DNA of 64,000 nt from Paracoccaceae bacterium (GTDB taxonomy: Bacteria > Pseudomonadota > Alphaproteobacteria > Rhodobacterales > Rhodobacteraceae): positions 61,262 to 125,261 of the forward strand of contig JASMHC010000013.1 of assembly GCA_030750975.1 (NCBI GenBank), given 5' to 3'. The translations under genes were made by a program, and so were the position numbers. The notes under the pieces were generated by a model. The model saw only the letters and a program-made list of their open reading frames with translations, had not been told where the DNA came from and did not search any database. This document shows positions 30,788 to 43,751 of this stretch, one piece after another (the stretch's first letter is position 1; each line of letters begins with the position of its first letter).

Positions 30788-31348
30788 GTGTCCGAACCAG
30801 CTTCGATCTCCTCTGGCATAGCCGCGCGCTATGCCTCTGCGGTCTTCGAGATCGCAAAAGAAAACAACGCGCTTTCACGTCTGGAAAGTGGCCTGGACGA
30901 TCTGGCCACCGCCTTGGATGACAGTGCAGACCTGCGTGACCTGATCAACTCGCCTTTGATCAACCGCGAGCAGCAGGGAAAAGCAATCGCAGCCATTGCC
31001 GACGCAATGAAACTGCAGCCGGTGCTGAAAAAGGCACTGGGTCTGATGGCACAAAAACGCCGTTTGTTCATCCTGCCATCGCTGATCGCGCAGCTTCGTG
31101 CGATGATTGCGGAAGACAAGGGTGAAGTGACGGCAGAAGTCACCACCGCTAAGGCGTTGACCAAGGCACAGACCGAAAAGCTTGCCGCAGCGCTGAAAGC
31201 CAGTGTCGGTAAAGACGTGAAGATTAATGCGGCCGTCGATAAGGACATTATCGGCGGTCTTATTGTTAAGGTTGGCTCGAAGATGATCGATACCTCGATC
31301 CGCTCCAAGCTCAGCTCCCTCCAGAATGCAATGAAAGAGGTCGGATAA
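30788..31348 (+). CDS. atpH: F0F1 ATP synthase subunit delta
   Basis: OSCP family (SGIAARYASAVFEIAKE...). GTG 30788 follows a GGAAGG RBS. First gene of atpHAGDC. Confidence 0.9.
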   Translation: MSEPASISSGIAARYASAVFEIAKENNALSRLESGLDDLATALDDSADLRDLINSPLINREQQGKAIAAIADAMKLQPVLKKALGLMAQKRRLFILPSLIAQLRAMIAEDKGEVTAEVTTAKALTKAQTEKLAAALKASVGKDVKINAAVDKDIIGGLIVKVGSKMIDTSIRSKLSSLQNAMKEVG

Positions 31349-32887
<1,539 letters not shown>

Positions 32888-32902
32888 GGGAGAGACAGGC
32901 AC

Positions 32903-33775
32903 ATGCCCAATCTCAAGGACCTTAAAAACAGGATCGAGTCGGTCAAATCGACCCGCAAGATCACCAAGGCCATGCAGATGGTCGCGGCTGCAAAACTGCG
33001 CCGCGCCCAGGATGCAGCCGAGGCGTCCCGCCCATACACCGCGCGTTTCAACGCGGTGATGGCCGGACTGGCGTCGTCGGTTGGCGGAAGTGACAGCGCG
33101 CCGAAACTGCTGAGCGGCACCGGAAGCGATCAGACCCACCTGCTGGTGGTGATGACCGCGGAACGCGGCCTTTGCGGTGGCTTCAACTCGAACATCTCGA
33201 AACTTGCCCGCAACAAGGCCCAGGAGCTTCTGGCCGAAGGCAAGACGGTCAAGGTCGTGACCGTCGGCAAGAAAGGCCGCGACGCCCTGCGCCGCGACCT
33301 TGGGGATCACTTCGTGGCTCATGTGGATCTGTCCGAAGTCAAGAAAATTGGCTATGCCAATGCTCAGGACATCGCCAAGGATGTTCTGGCACGCTTTGAC
33401 GGCGGAGAGTTTGACGTCGCAACGATCTTCTTCTCGCGTTTTGAAAACGTGGTCAGCCAGATCCCGACCGCGCAGCAGATCATTCCTGCCGTATTCGAAG
33501 AGGGCGAGGCCGAAGGCACCGCGCTTTACGATTACGAACCCAGTGAAGAGGCCATTCTGGCCGACCTGCTGCCGCGCGGCGTTGCCACCCAGATCTTCGC
33601 GGGTCTGCTGGAAAACGGCGCATCGGAACAGGGCGCGCGTATGTCTGCAATGGACAACGCAACCCGCAACGCTGGCGAGATGATCGACAAACTGACAATC
33701 GAGTATAACCGCTCGCGTCAGGCCGTCATCACCAACGAGCTTATCGAAATCATTTCGGGCGCCGAAGCGCTCTAA
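32903..33775 (+). CDS. atpG: F0F1 ATP synthase subunit gamma
   Basis: N-terminus [36 protein letters not shown] and C-terminus [15 protein letters not shown]. Confidence 0.97.
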   Translation: MPNLKDLKNRIESVKSTRKITKAMQMVAAAKLRRAQDAAEASRPYTARFNAVMAGLASSVGGSDSAPKLLSGTGSDQTHLLVVMTAERGLCGGFNSNISKLARNKAQELLAEGKTVKVVTVGKKGRDALRRDLGDHFVAHVDLSEVKKIGYANAQDIAKDVLARFDGGEFDVATIFFSRFENVVSQIPTAQQIIPAVFEEGEAEGTALYDYEPSEEAILADLLPRGVATQIFAGLLENGASEQGARMSAMDNATRNAGEMIDKLTIEYNRSRQAVITNELIEIISGAEAL

Positions 33776-35218
<1,443 letters not shown>

Positions 35219-35229
35219 GGAGGGCCTTG

Positions 35230-35628
35230 ATGGCTGATACGATGCAATTTGACCTGGTCAGCCCCGAGCGAAGCCTTGCTTCGCTTCAGGCGACCTCGGT
35301 CCAGATTCCGGGCGCCGATGGCGACATGACCGCAATGCCGGATCATGCACCGACCATCACCACCCTGCGCCCCGGCATCCTGACCGTTTCCGGCCCGGAC
35401 GGTGAAGCGCAATTCGCGGTCACTGGCGGTTTCGCCGAAATCTCCGGCGACAGCACTTCGGTTCTGGCTGAAAAAGCGGTGGCCACTTCGGATATCACCG
35501 CAGCCGAAATGGACGCGCTGATCGAAGCGGCGTCGGACGCGGCAGCAAACGCCGCTGCGGAAGACAAGGACATCGCCGACAAGTCTCTGGCCGATATGCA
35601 GGCTTTGAAAGTGTCGCTGGGTCTTTGA
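35230..35628 (+). CDS. atpC: F0F1 ATP synthase subunit epsilon
   Basis: 132 aa starting [16 protein letters not shown]. Last gene of the F1 operon. Confidence 0.9.
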   Translation: MADTMQFDLVSPERSLASLQATSVQIPGADGDMTAMPDHAPTITTLRPGILTVSGPDGEAQFAVTGGFAEISGDSTSVLAEKAVATSDITAAEMDALIEAASDAAANAAAEDKDIADKSLADMQALKVSLGL

Positions 35629-35649
35629 TCTGATCGACACGCTATTGCT

Positions 35650-35684
35650 AAAGGCCCTGCCGGATCGGCGGGGCCTTTTCTTTT
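35650..35684 (+). terminator. rho-independent terminator of the atp operon
   Basis: AAAGGCCCTGCC-GGATC-GGCGGGGCCTTTT (one mismatch) followed by CTTTT. Confidence 0.6.
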
Positions 35685-35734
35685 GTGGCCGGGCATTTTA
35701 ATTCTGGGGCCAGAGGATGATCCGGGGGCAGGCA

Positions 35735-36085
35735 ATGAAACGCTGGAATTCGATGCAGACCGGTGTGGCACAGGGCGATGTACAGCTGTTTGCGGATTAC
35801 ATCGACGACGGTCCGATGTGGGTCGGCCACGGGGATCGGGAGTTCCGCCTTGAGATCAAGTTTGGCGGGCGCTTCCGGTCAGAACCGCTGGTCCATGTCA
35901 GCGCCTCGATGCTGGATGTCGACCACACCGCAAACACCCGATATGAAATCGTCGCCGAGAATGTGACGCCAAAAGGGTTTGAGATCGTGTTCCGCACCTG
36001 GGGCGACAGCCGGTTTGCCCGTGTTCGCGCGGCCTGGCTGGCGATTGGTGATATGCGAAACGCGGACGACTGGGATATCGATTAA
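35735..36085 (+). CDS. H-type lectin domain protein (small, cytoplasmic-looking)
   Basis: Pattern FRSEPLVHVSASMLDVD....RYEIVAENVTPKGFEIVFRTWGDSRFARVRAAWLAIG fits the H_lectin fold signature. No signal peptide. Confidence 0.55.
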   Translation: MKRWNSMQTGVAQGDVQLFADYIDDGPMWVGHGDREFRLEIKFGGRFRSEPLVHVSASMLDVDHTANTRYEIVAENVTPKGFEIVFRTWGDSRFARVRAAWLAIGDMRNADDWDID

Positions 36086-36086
36086 G

Positions 36087-36194
36087 GCGTTTCGGTATAT
36101 TGTTGTCGCACAACAATGTGGCGAAACGCGCGATACTTAAAGGCGTTGCGGGCGTTTCGAGATCAACTTCGTGTCTCAAGTTAATCTCGAAACG
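36087..36194. repeat. two long imperfect palindromes sharing the arm GCGTTTCG
   Basis: 36087-36129: GCGTTTCG..ATTGTTGT-CGC-ACAACAAT..CGAAACGC. 36153-36194: CGTTTCGAGAT.AACTT...AAGTT.ATCTCGAAACG. Confidence 0.7.
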
Positions 36195-36294
36195 GTTTAA
36201 CCCTTTTGAAACCAAGCGGGATTAACCTTGAACGCCAACTCTGTTGGCGCAGGTAAGTGGCTCGTGTATGGTTCATGAAGGGTGTGTTTTATCA

Positions 36295-36543
36295 ATGGTT
36301 GCCATCTTGGAAAAGATTAGCCGCAAATCCGTCGCTGTAGATGCTGCGCTATTGTCTGAAGCGAATGCGCATGGGCTGGATGCCACAGGCATCTCCGAAG
36401 CAGCCCTGCGCGAGGCGTTAAGGCAGGCCAGGGCGGCCAAAGCCTGGGCGGAAGAAAATGCAGAAGCGATGGCTGAGCACAGGGCGTGGGTGGAAAAGAA
36501 CGGTCTGCCGCTTGCCGAGTTCGCGGTACTGAAAATCGATTAA
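36295..36543 (+). CDS. ccdA: type II antitoxin, CcdA family
   Basis: 82 aa. C-terminal half (WAEENAEAMAEHRAWVEKNGLPLAEF) is CcdA-like. Its stop overlaps the ccdB ATG (TAATG). Confidence 0.7.
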   Translation: MVAILEKISRKSVAVDAALLSEANAHGLDATGISEAALREALRQARAAKAWAEENAEAMAEHRAWVEKNGLPLAEFAVLKID

Positions 36544-36836
36544 TGGCCCAATTTCATGTCTATGACATTGGGCAGGACTTCCTGGTCCTGGACCTGCAAT
36601 CGGATTGGCTTGAGGTTGGGACGCGCGTAGTTGCGCCGCTCTACCGCTCGCATACGGCCCCGCGGCCGATTGGAAATCTCACACCCGAATTTAACATTAA
36701 CGGCACGCCACATACCTTGCTCACAGCCAAAATGACGGCTGTTTCCGAACATTCGCTGCACGCCCCCATCGCCAGCCTTGCCGAACAGGATTACGATATC
36801 CGCAAGGCGCTTGACATGGTGTTCTCGGGCTTTTGA
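36543..36836 (+). CDS. ccdB: type II toxin, CcdB family (gyrase poison)
   Basis: 97 aa starting MAQFHVY, with ...VVAPL... and C-terminus DIRKALDMVFSGF, paralleling F-plasmid CcdB (ends NAINLMFWGI). Confidence 0.75.
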   Translation: MAQFHVYDIGQDFLVLDLQSDWLEVGTRVVAPLYRSHTAPRPIGNLTPEFNINGTPHTLLTAKMTAVSEHSLHAPIASLAEQDYDIRKALDMVFSGF

Positions 36837-37853
36837 TCAGGCTTTGAAGATACCCTCGTAAAGCGGCTCGAGGGTTTCATGCTCGAACAGCGAAGAAACG
36901 CTGGTGCCGTTCCAGATGTTCAGGATGGCTTGCGCGAACATCGGGGCGGTCGGCACGATGCGGATATTGGGGGCGGCCAAGGTCGCGGGCGTCGGGGCGA
37001 TTGAATCCGTGATCACCAACGATTTCATCACCGATTTGGTGATCCGCTCAATGGCCGGGCCGGACAGCACACCGTGGGTGATATAGCTGTGCACCTCGGT
37101 CGCGCCGTGTTCCATCAGCACCTCGGCGGCCTTGCAAAGCGTTCCGGCGGTGTCGCAGATATCGTCAACGATGATACATTTCTTGCCTTCGACATTGCCG
37201 ATCACGGTCATCTCGGCCACTTCGCCTGCTTTCTCGCGGCGCTTGTCAACGATCGACAATGGCGCACCGATGCGTTTTGCCAATTCGCGGGCGCGGGCCA
37301 CGCCGCCCACATCGGGCGAGACCACCATGATATCGTCCATCGACCCTGCGAATTGCGATTTCACGTCCAGCGCGAAAACCGGCGAGGCATAAAGGTTGTC
37401 GACCGGAATGTCGAAAAAGCCCTGAATCTGCGCGGCGTGCAGGTCCATCGTCAGAACCCGCTCAATTCCGGTGCCGACCAGCATGTTGGCGACCAGCTTG
37501 GCCGAGATCGGCGTGCGGGCCTTGGCGCGGCGGTCCTGGCGGGCATAGCCGAAATAGGGGATCACGGCAGTGGTGCGCTGGGCCGATGACCGGCGCAGCG
37601 CGTCGGCCATGATCAGAAGCTCCATCAGGTTGTCATTGGCCGGGTTCGAGGTGCTTTGGATGATGAACATATCCTCGCCGCGCACATTGTCGTAAACCTC
37701 GACAAAGATTTCCTGATCGTTAAATCGCTCAACGCGGGCGTCCACCAGACCGACGCTTGACCCCAGGTGCAGCGACATGCGTTTGGCGATGCTGGTAGCC
37801 AATGGCTGGTTCGAATTTCCGGCGATCAGTTTTGGTTCCGAGGTCGTGGCCAT
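36837..37853 (-). CDS. prs: ribose-phosphate pyrophosphokinase
   Basis: PRPP-binding loop ([13 protein letters not shown]) and [10 protein letters not shown] motif. ATG 37853. Confidence 0.95.
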   Translation of the reverse strand: MATTSEPKLIAGNSNQPLATSIAKRMSLHLGSSVGLVDARVERFNDQEIFVEVYDNVRGEDMFIIQSTSNPANDNLMELLIMADALRRSSAQRTTAVIPYFGYARQDRRAKARTPISAKLVANMLVGTGIERVLTMDLHAAQIQGFFDIPVDNLYASPVFALDVKSQFAGSMDDIMVVSPDVGGVARARELAKRIGAPLSIVDKRREKAGEVAEMTVIGNVEGKKCIIVDDICDTAGTLCKAAEVLMEHGATEVHSYITHGVLSGPAIERITKSVMKSLVITDSIAPTPATLAAPNIRIVPTAPMFAQAILNIWNGTSVSSLFEHETLEPLYEGIFKA

Positions 37854-37955
37854 TGCGAATATCCCCAAGCAGCAATGTTTAAGATTCGTGGCGTTGCGGA
37901 CCGCTTAACATGGCAATAGTCTGAGGCAAAGAATTCCCTTAAAAGGACGCCGAAA

Positions 37956-38555
37956 ATGCCGCATATCGACTATTATTTCTCAACGATTTCCCCCTTTGCC
38001 TATCTGGCAGGAACGCGGATGGAAGAGGTTGCCGCGAAACACGGGGCAAGCGTCACCTATAAACCAATGGATTTGATCGGCCTGTTCAGCCGAACGGGCG
38101 GCACCGCACCGGCGGACAGGCACCCCTCGCGGCAGGAATTGCGGGCGCAGGAAATCCGGCGGCAGGCGAAAAAGAACGCGATGCCGATCAACTTGCAACC
38201 GGCCTTCTGGCCCACCAATCCCGCGCCGTCATCCTATGCGATCATCGCGGCCCAAAACGCGGGTGGCGGGGATCTGGGCGGATTGTGCCAGGCCATTTTG
38301 CGGGCGTGTTGGGCGGAAGAAAAAGACATCTCGCAAGACGATGTCATCCAGTCCTGCCTGACGGCCCACGGGTTCGACGCCGGGTTGACCCTGTCAGGTA
38401 TGCTGACCGGGGCCGAGACCTATGCCGCGAATACCGAAGACGCCGTTTCCAACGGGGTGTTCGGATCGCCGTTCTATATCGTCGACGGGACCGAGAAATT
38501 CTGGGGTCAGGATCGGATTGCCGATCTGGATGCTTATCTGGGCGGGGCGTTGTAG
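37956..38555 (+). CDS. 2-hydroxychromene-2-carboxylate isomerase / DsbA-like thioredoxin-fold protein
   Basis: 199 aa. N-terminus IDYYFSTISPFAYL and C-terminus GVFGSPFYIVDGTEKFWGQDRI are typical of the HCCA isomerase family. Confidence 0.7.
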   Translation: MPHIDYYFSTISPFAYLAGTRMEEVAAKHGASVTYKPMDLIGLFSRTGGTAPADRHPSRQELRAQEIRRQAKKNAMPINLQPAFWPTNPAPSSYAIIAAQNAGGGDLGGLCQAILRACWAEEKDISQDDVIQSCLTAHGFDAGLTLSGMLTGAETYAANTEDAVSNGVFGSPFYIVDGTEKFWGQDRIADLDAYLGGAL

Positions 38556-38571
38556 CCGAGGCCTGACTGGT

Positions 38572-38589
38572 GGCGGGCCGAAGCCCGCC
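38572..38589. terminator. GC hairpin between convergent genes
   Basis: GGCGGGC-CGAA-GCCCGCC directly abutting the ltaE stop. No clear U-tract. Confidence 0.35.
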
Positions 38590-39639
38590 CTACGAAATCA
38601 ACTTCAAAAACCGCTCGATCTCCTGATCCGTCGTGCACCACGAACAGACCAGCCGCGCGCTTTCAAGCTCATCATCCGGTCCGTCCAAAGTGCCGTCGGA
38701 CCCCCAGAAGTAATATTTGGCACCGGCCTCCATGGCGTTTCGATGTCCGATCCGGGGCCAACTGGCAAAGACCGCATTTGCTTGTGTCGGGTGCACCAGT
38801 GACGCGCCCTTGATGCCCAGTATCCCGCCGGACAGTTTCGCCGCCGAAGCGTTTGCTTTCGCAGCCAATTCCAGCCACAGCCCGTCTGTCAGATAGGCCA
38901 GCATCTGCGCGGATAGATACCGGTGCTTTGAAAACAAATGCCCGCCGCGCTTGCGGCGCAGTTCAAACTCCCAGGCCAGTTTCGGATCAAACAAGATCAC
39001 CGCTTCAACCCCCATCAGCCCGTTCTTGGTGCCACCGAACGACAATACATCCACGCCTGCTTTCCAGCTCATCTCGGCCGGGGTGGCACCGGTTGAAACC
39101 ACTGCATTGGCAAAGCGCGCACCATCCAGATGAACGGGCATGCCATGGGCTTTGGCCACATCGCTTAGCAATTTCAATTCACCGGCTGTGTAAACCGTAC
39201 CTGCCTCGGTCACATTGGTCAGGCTTAACGCGCCCCTTTGTACCGAATGCACATCACCTTGCACCTGCACCTTGATTGCGGCCCGCAACGCTTCGGGGGT
39301 CATTTTGCCATTGTCACCATCAACAAGGGTCAGCTTGGCGCCGCCGGTGTAGAATTCCGGCGCTCCGCATTCGTCCACCGAGATATGGGCCTGGCGATGG
39401 CAATAGATCGCCTGCCACGGTTCGACCAGCGTCGCCAATGCCAGCACATTGGCCGCGGTGCCGGTGGCCACCAGAAAAACCTCGGCCCTTGGTGCTTCGA
39501 ACACTTCGCGGATCAGGCCCCGCAGCATTTGCATTTCAGCATCCGCGCCATAGGCCGCCGCATAGCCTTCGTTCACACGGACCATGGCGTCGAGAACCGG
39601 CTGCGGCACGGGCGAGGCATTGTCAGAGGCAAAAAACAT
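38590..39639 (-). CDS. ltaE: low-specificity L-threonine aldolase
   Basis: MFFASDN start, a beta-eliminating-lyase family pattern (GTAAN, FGGTKNG). ATG 39639 overlaps the upstream stop. Confidence 0.75.
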   Translation of the reverse strand: MFFASDNASPVPQPVLDAMVRVNEGYAAAYGADAEMQMLRGLIREVFEAPRAEVFLVATGTAANVLALATLVEPWQAIYCHRQAHISVDECGAPEFYTGGAKLTLVDGDNGKMTPEALRAAIKVQVQGDVHSVQRGALSLTNVTEAGTVYTAGELKLLSDVAKAHGMPVHLDGARFANAVVSTGATPAEMSWKAGVDVLSFGGTKNGLMGVEAVILFDPKLAWEFELRRKRGGHLFSKHRYLSAQMLAYLTDGLWLELAAKANASAAKLSGGILGIKGASLVHPTQANAVFASWPRIGHRNAMEAGAKYYFWGSDGTLDGPDDELESARLVCSWCTTDQEIERFLKLIS

Positions 39640-40109
39640 CAAATCGGCTCCTCGATGATATGATCTTCCCAATCGTCTTCGTCGATACTGTCCTCGCGCA
39701 GGGTTCGCCCACGCATCGACACGCCCGCGCGGTGCACCGTTTCGGGGTCGCCCGAGATCAGCGGGTGCCAGTCATAAAGCGGCTTGCCGTCCCAAAGCAG
39801 GCGATAGGCGCAGGTGCGCGGCATCCAATAGGCGTGCCGGTCGATGTTTTTCGGTTTCAGCACGATACATTCGGGCACGAAACTGTGGCGGTTTTCGTAA
39901 TTCGAACACAGGCAGGTGCTGTCATCCAGCAGTTTGCAGGCCACCCGCGTCAGGGCGACATGACCGGTATCCGCGTCTTCCAGCTTGTTCAGGCAACATT
40001 TGCCACAGCCGTCACACAGGGCTTCCCATTCGCGGCGGCTCATCTTTTTCATCGGCACGGTTTCCCAAAACCGGTGCCGCAGGCCTTTGCGGTCGATTGT
40101 GCCCCTCAT
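39639..40109 (-). CDS. YcgN-family cysteine-cluster protein (UPF0260)
   Basis: CDGCGKCCLNKLED...CKLLD..TCLCSNYENR signature. ATGA overlap with the ribF stop. Confidence 0.75.
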   Translation of the reverse strand: MRGTIDRKGLRHRFWETVPMKKMSRREWEALCDGCGKCCLNKLEDADTGHVALTRVACKLLDDSTCLCSNYENRHSFVPECIVLKPKNIDRHAYWMPRTCAYRLLWDGKPLYDWHPLISGDPETVHRAGVSMRGRTLREDSIDEDDWEDHIIEEPI

Positions 40110-41044
40110 TCCGCCGCCAGAATGTCGCGGCAGCGGTCGCAATCCGCATTCATCTGCGCAATCAGTGCATCAAGGCTGTCGAATTTCAGCTCGGGCCGCA
40201 GGAATTCAACCAGAGCAATCGACAGGGTGCTGCCGTAAAGGTCGCCGGAAAAGTCAAAGATATGGGTTTCCAGATTGGCCTTGTTCTCGCCGAACATCGG
40301 CCTTACACCCAGCGATGCCGCCCCCTGATAGCTGCCCTGATGCGGCCCGTCGAGCACATCGACCAGCACCGCATAAACGCCGTGCTTCGGCTCGTGCAGC
40401 CCGTCGATGGACATATTCGTCGTCGGAAAGCCCAGCTCGCGTCCGCGCTGTTCGCCGCCGATCACCTCGCCTTCGATCCGGTGCCAGTGGCCCAGCATCG
40501 CAGCCGCAACCCTCGGCCGTCCCTCGGACAGGGCATCGCGGATCGCGGTCGAGGATACCTGATCGCCATCATGTTCCAAAAGCTGCGCGATGGTCACGCC
40601 AAAGCCCAGATCCCGGCCAAAGGCGATCAGATCATCGGCCGTGCCCGAGCGCCCCTTGCCAAAGCAGAAATCCGCGCCGATCACGATATGGCGCAGACCC
40701 AGCCCCTCAACAATCACATGCTCGGCAAACTCACGCGCGGTCAATGAAGACAGGGCGGTGTTGAAGTTCAGCTCGTAAAGCCGTTCAACGCCGATTTTCT
40801 CAAGCCGCGTGGCGCGGGCCAGAGGGCTCATCAGGCGAAAGGCGGGGGCGTTTGGGGCGAAGTATTCGCGTGGATGCGGCGCGAAGGTCATCACCCCCAA
40901 AGGCGCGCCGATCTTGTCGCCTTGCGATTTGGCAAGGGCAATCACGCTTTGGTGGCCCAGATGCACACCGTCGAAATTGCCAATCGCGACCGAGGCCCCC
41001 CGATCGTCTGGATCCACGAATTGATAGTCCCGGATAATACGCAT
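40106..41044 (-). CDS. ribF: bifunctional riboflavin kinase / FAD synthetase
   Basis: 312 aa with IGNFDGVHLGHQ and riboflavin kinase C-terminal motifs (GFPTTN, DFSGDLYG). Confidence 0.93.
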   Translation of the reverse strand: MRIIRDYQFVDPDDRGASVAIGNFDGVHLGHQSVIALAKSQGDKIGAPLGVMTFAPHPREYFAPNAPAFRLMSPLARATRLEKIGVERLYELNFNTALSSLTAREFAEHVIVEGLGLRHIVIGADFCFGKGRSGTADDLIAFGRDLGFGVTIAQLLEHDGDQVSSTAIRDALSEGRPRVAAAMLGHWHRIEGEVIGGEQRGRELGFPTTNMSIDGLHEPKHGVYAVLVDVLDGPHQGSYQGAASLGVRPMFGENKANLETHIFDFSGDLYGSTLSIALVEFLRPELKFDSLDALIAQMNADCDRCRDILAAE

Positions 41045-41117
41045 GTGGCAGGGTTAGCGGCCCGCGCGAAAGGGTGCAAGCCAAACCGGCATGGCAGGCT
41101 TGCCCGTGATGCGGTGA

Positions 41118-41561
41118 TCAGTCGAACTTGGCCGAAGGCGCCAGCACCATCGCTTCGCCGACAAGAACCTTCTTGCCGCCGACAAGGCAGCGGCAATCCA
41201 GCTTTACGCGGCGTTTGGCATATTCGATGTCAATCACTTCGACTTCCGCCCGCACCGTGTCGCCTGGCCGGACAGGCGCCAGAAACTTGAGGTTTTGGCC
41301 CATATAGATCGTCCCATGGCCGGGCAGCTGCTCGCCGATTACCGCCGAGATCAGACCGGCGGTCAGCATCCCGTGGGCGATACGTCCTTCAAAGATGGTG
41401 TCCTGGGCGTACTCATCGTCCAGATGTACCGGATTGCGGTCGGTCGAGACCTCAGCAAACATCTCGATATCGCGGTCGGTGACGGTTTTCTGCACATAGC
41501 GCATCATCCCCATCTCGATATCTTCGATGCAGATCGTTCCGCGCGGTAGATTGTCCAACAT
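41118..41561 (-). CDS. MaoC-family (R)-hydratase-like dehydratase
   Basis: Hotdog motif DRNPVHLDDEYAQDTIFEGRIAHGML. Confidence 0.8.
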   Translation of the reverse strand: MLDNLPRGTICIEDIEMGMMRYVQKTVTDRDIEMFAEVSTDRNPVHLDDEYAQDTIFEGRIAHGMLTAGLISAVIGEQLPGHGTIYMGQNLKFLAPVRPGDTVRAEVEVIDIEYAKRRVKLDCRCLVGGKKVLVGEAMVLAPSAKFD

Positions 41562-41661
41562 CCGGCCCTCCTGTCAGGCGGTGAGGTAATTATAAGACTG
41601 CCCAATGGGGCGTTTTGAAATATAATTACTTCGCAGGCGCAGAAAATCAAGCCCTAAATGG

Positions 41662-42534
41662 TCAGCGCAAAAAGCCGATCGCATAGGTCGGGTGTTGCAT
41701 TTCCCGTTGTAAATAAGCGTCCAATGCATCCGGATCGGGCTGGTGCGACGTTTTGGTTTCATCGACCGCCAGCCCGCCGGTGATGAACAGAGAATCGATG
41801 TCTTCGCCCATCGCGCCGGCGATATCGGTCTGAATTCCGTCGCCAATGGCAAGAATCCGATCCTCGGCGACGCGCTTGCCCATGGCCGACAGCCGCCGCC
41901 GCGCCAGATCGTAGATCGGCGGATGCGGTTTGCCGAAATAAAGGCTCTCGCCGCCCATTTCGGTATAAAGCCGCGCCAGCGCCCCGGCGCACCATTCGCG
42001 CCGCTCGCCCCTGTCGACCACGATGTCGGGGTTGGCGCATAGCAACTTTAGCCCCTTTTGTTTGGCATAAAGGAAATCCGCGCGGTTCACCGACGGATCG
42101 GCAAATGGATCAAACGGACCGGTGCACAGGATGCCCTCGGCCTCGGCCAGTGGCACAAGCTGAATATCCACCGGATCATCCAGAATTTCCGGTGGCTGGA
42201 ATATCCGCGTATCCCCGTCCATTCCGATGAAATAGACCTTGCGCCCGATCGCCCCCTGATACAGCGCCACGCGGGCGCTGTCACCGGATGTGGCGATACT
42301 GTCCCAGGCATCCCCGGGCACGCCAAGCTGTTTCAAATGGCTTTCGACGGCGGTACGGGTGCGCGGGGCATTGGTGACCAGTACCACCAGCCCGCCATTT
42401 TGACGATAGGCCTGCAACGCGGCAACTGCCCGGGGAAAGGCCGAAACCCCGTTATGCACACATCCCCAAAGATCGACAAACAATGCGTCATAATTGGCGG
42501 CAACCTCGGATAGCGAAGGGATTATTCGGGTCAT
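41662..42534 (-). CDS. HAD-superfamily hydrolase (TIGR01459-like)
   Basis: DLWGCVHNG motif I, NAPR, and GDGIQTDIAG motif IV. Confidence 0.7.
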   Translation of the reverse strand: MTRIIPSLSEVAANYDALFVDLWGCVHNGVSAFPRAVAALQAYRQNGGLVVLVTNAPRTRTAVESHLKQLGVPGDAWDSIATSGDSARVALYQGAIGRKVYFIGMDGDTRIFQPPEILDDPVDIQLVPLAEAEGILCTGPFDPFADPSVNRADFLYAKQKGLKLLCANPDIVVDRGERREWCAGALARLYTEMGGESLYFGKPHPPIYDLARRRLSAMGKRVAEDRILAIGDGIQTDIAGAMGEDIDSLFITGGLAVDETKTSHQPDPDALDAYLQREMQHPTYAIGFLR

Positions 42535-42577
42535 GCAAACACTCCGCGCAGGTCGGCCAAGCTTCCCCTGCTTTCAT

Positions 42578-42642
42578 CTTTTTTCAAATACTTCGGGGGG
42601 GACCAGCCGCATTTCATGCGGCTGGTCGGGGGCAGCGCCCCC
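42578..42642 (-). repeat. two-hairpin intergenic repeat, copy D (reverse orientation)
   Basis: Reverse complement reads GGGGGCGCTGCCCCC-GACCAGCCGCATGAAATGCGGCTGGTC-CCCCCCGAAGTATTTGAAAAAAG. Confidence 0.85.
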
Positions 42643-42683
42643 AACCGGTCCGATCGGCGCAAGCCGCTCGGTCCCAGAATAAA

Positions 42684-43604
42684 TCAAACCTTCAGGTTCG
42701 GGATGATCTGCTTTTTGCGGCTCATGATGCCCGGCAACACAACGGCGTCCCCATCAACAGAAACGCCAAAGGATTTTTCGGCGACGGTCTTCACCAGATC
42801 ATTCGGCACCAGCAAGGTGGCTTGCTCGTTCAGGATGTCCACGACAAACAGCAGCACCTGATCCACACCGTCTTCCGACGCAACCAGGTCCATGGCTTCG
42901 ATCAGGCTGGCCTTGCGATTCAGAACTATACCGGGGGCGGTGGTTTCCAGAACCGAAACGCGGAAACGGGTGCCTTCGACCTCGTATTCCTTCGAATCCA
43001 TCCGCAGCAATTCCGCGTCCGAAAATGCCGACACATCCGACTTCGCCGCAAACATCTCGGCCGCATAGGATGCGATGTCCAAACCCAGCTCGTCCGCCAG
43101 TTTCTCGGCCACGGCCTTGTCATGAGCGGTGGTGGTGGGCGAACGGAATTCAAGCGTGTCCGACAGGATGCATGTCAGCGCCGCGCCCTTCACCGCTTCG
43201 GGCATACGGGCCATGTCCGCGCCAATCAGATCATGCATGATGGTCGCGGTGCAGGCCAGCGGCCGCACGGTGATGTCGATCGGGCCTTTGGTTTCCAGTC
43301 CGCCGACCAGTTTGTGGTGATCGATAATGGCCCGGATATCAGCGCTGTTGATGCTGGCGGGCAGCTCGGCGGGGTTGTTGGTGTCCACGATCACCACCGG
43401 AGCGCCTTCGGCCACGTCGTCAATGATCTCGGGCTTGTCCAGCCCCCAGCGGTCCAGCATGAAGGCCGCTTCGGTATTCGGCTCGCCCAGCAGAACCGGC
43501 GTGGCGCTTTCGCCTTTGATTTCGTTCAGGTACCAGGCCCAGATGATGGGTGATCCGGTCGAATCCGTGTCGGGGGCTTTGTGGCCAAACACTTTGGTGG
43601 TCAT
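42684..43604 (-). CDS. ppaC: family II (Mn-dependent, DHH) inorganic pyrophosphatase
   Basis: FGHKAPDTDS, DHHKL and DHHA2-type C-terminal domain; 306 aa. Confidence 0.85.
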   Translation of the reverse strand: MTTKVFGHKAPDTDSTGSPIIWAWYLNEIKGESATPVLLGEPNTEAAFMLDRWGLDKPEIIDDVAEGAPVVIVDTNNPAELPASINSADIRAIIDHHKLVGGLETKGPIDITVRPLACTATIMHDLIGADMARMPEAVKGAALTCILSDTLEFRSPTTTAHDKAVAEKLADELGLDIASYAAEMFAAKSDVSAFSDAELLRMDSKEYEVEGTRFRVSVLETTAPGIVLNRKASLIEAMDLVASEDGVDQVLLFVVDILNEQATLLVPNDLVKTVAEKSFGVSVDGDAVVLPGIMSRKKQIIPNLKV

Positions 43605-43751
43605 GTCGCAATCCTAACAAGCTGAAATTTGCGGGCGTTATATGCAGCCGCAGCATTGATGTCACGTGTTGATCACCCGCTGCGACCACCGGTCGTGGGG
43701 GGCATGCCGCAACAGCATTGGAGAGCGCCGCAAGCTGGGGTAACAAAGCCT

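Noticed and set aside
36087-36836. ccdAB region as part of a larger integrated element or genomic island
   Set aside because: No integrase, transposase, tRNA or direct repeats flank it, and both neighbours (atp operon, prs) are core genes. Described only as a small cassette.
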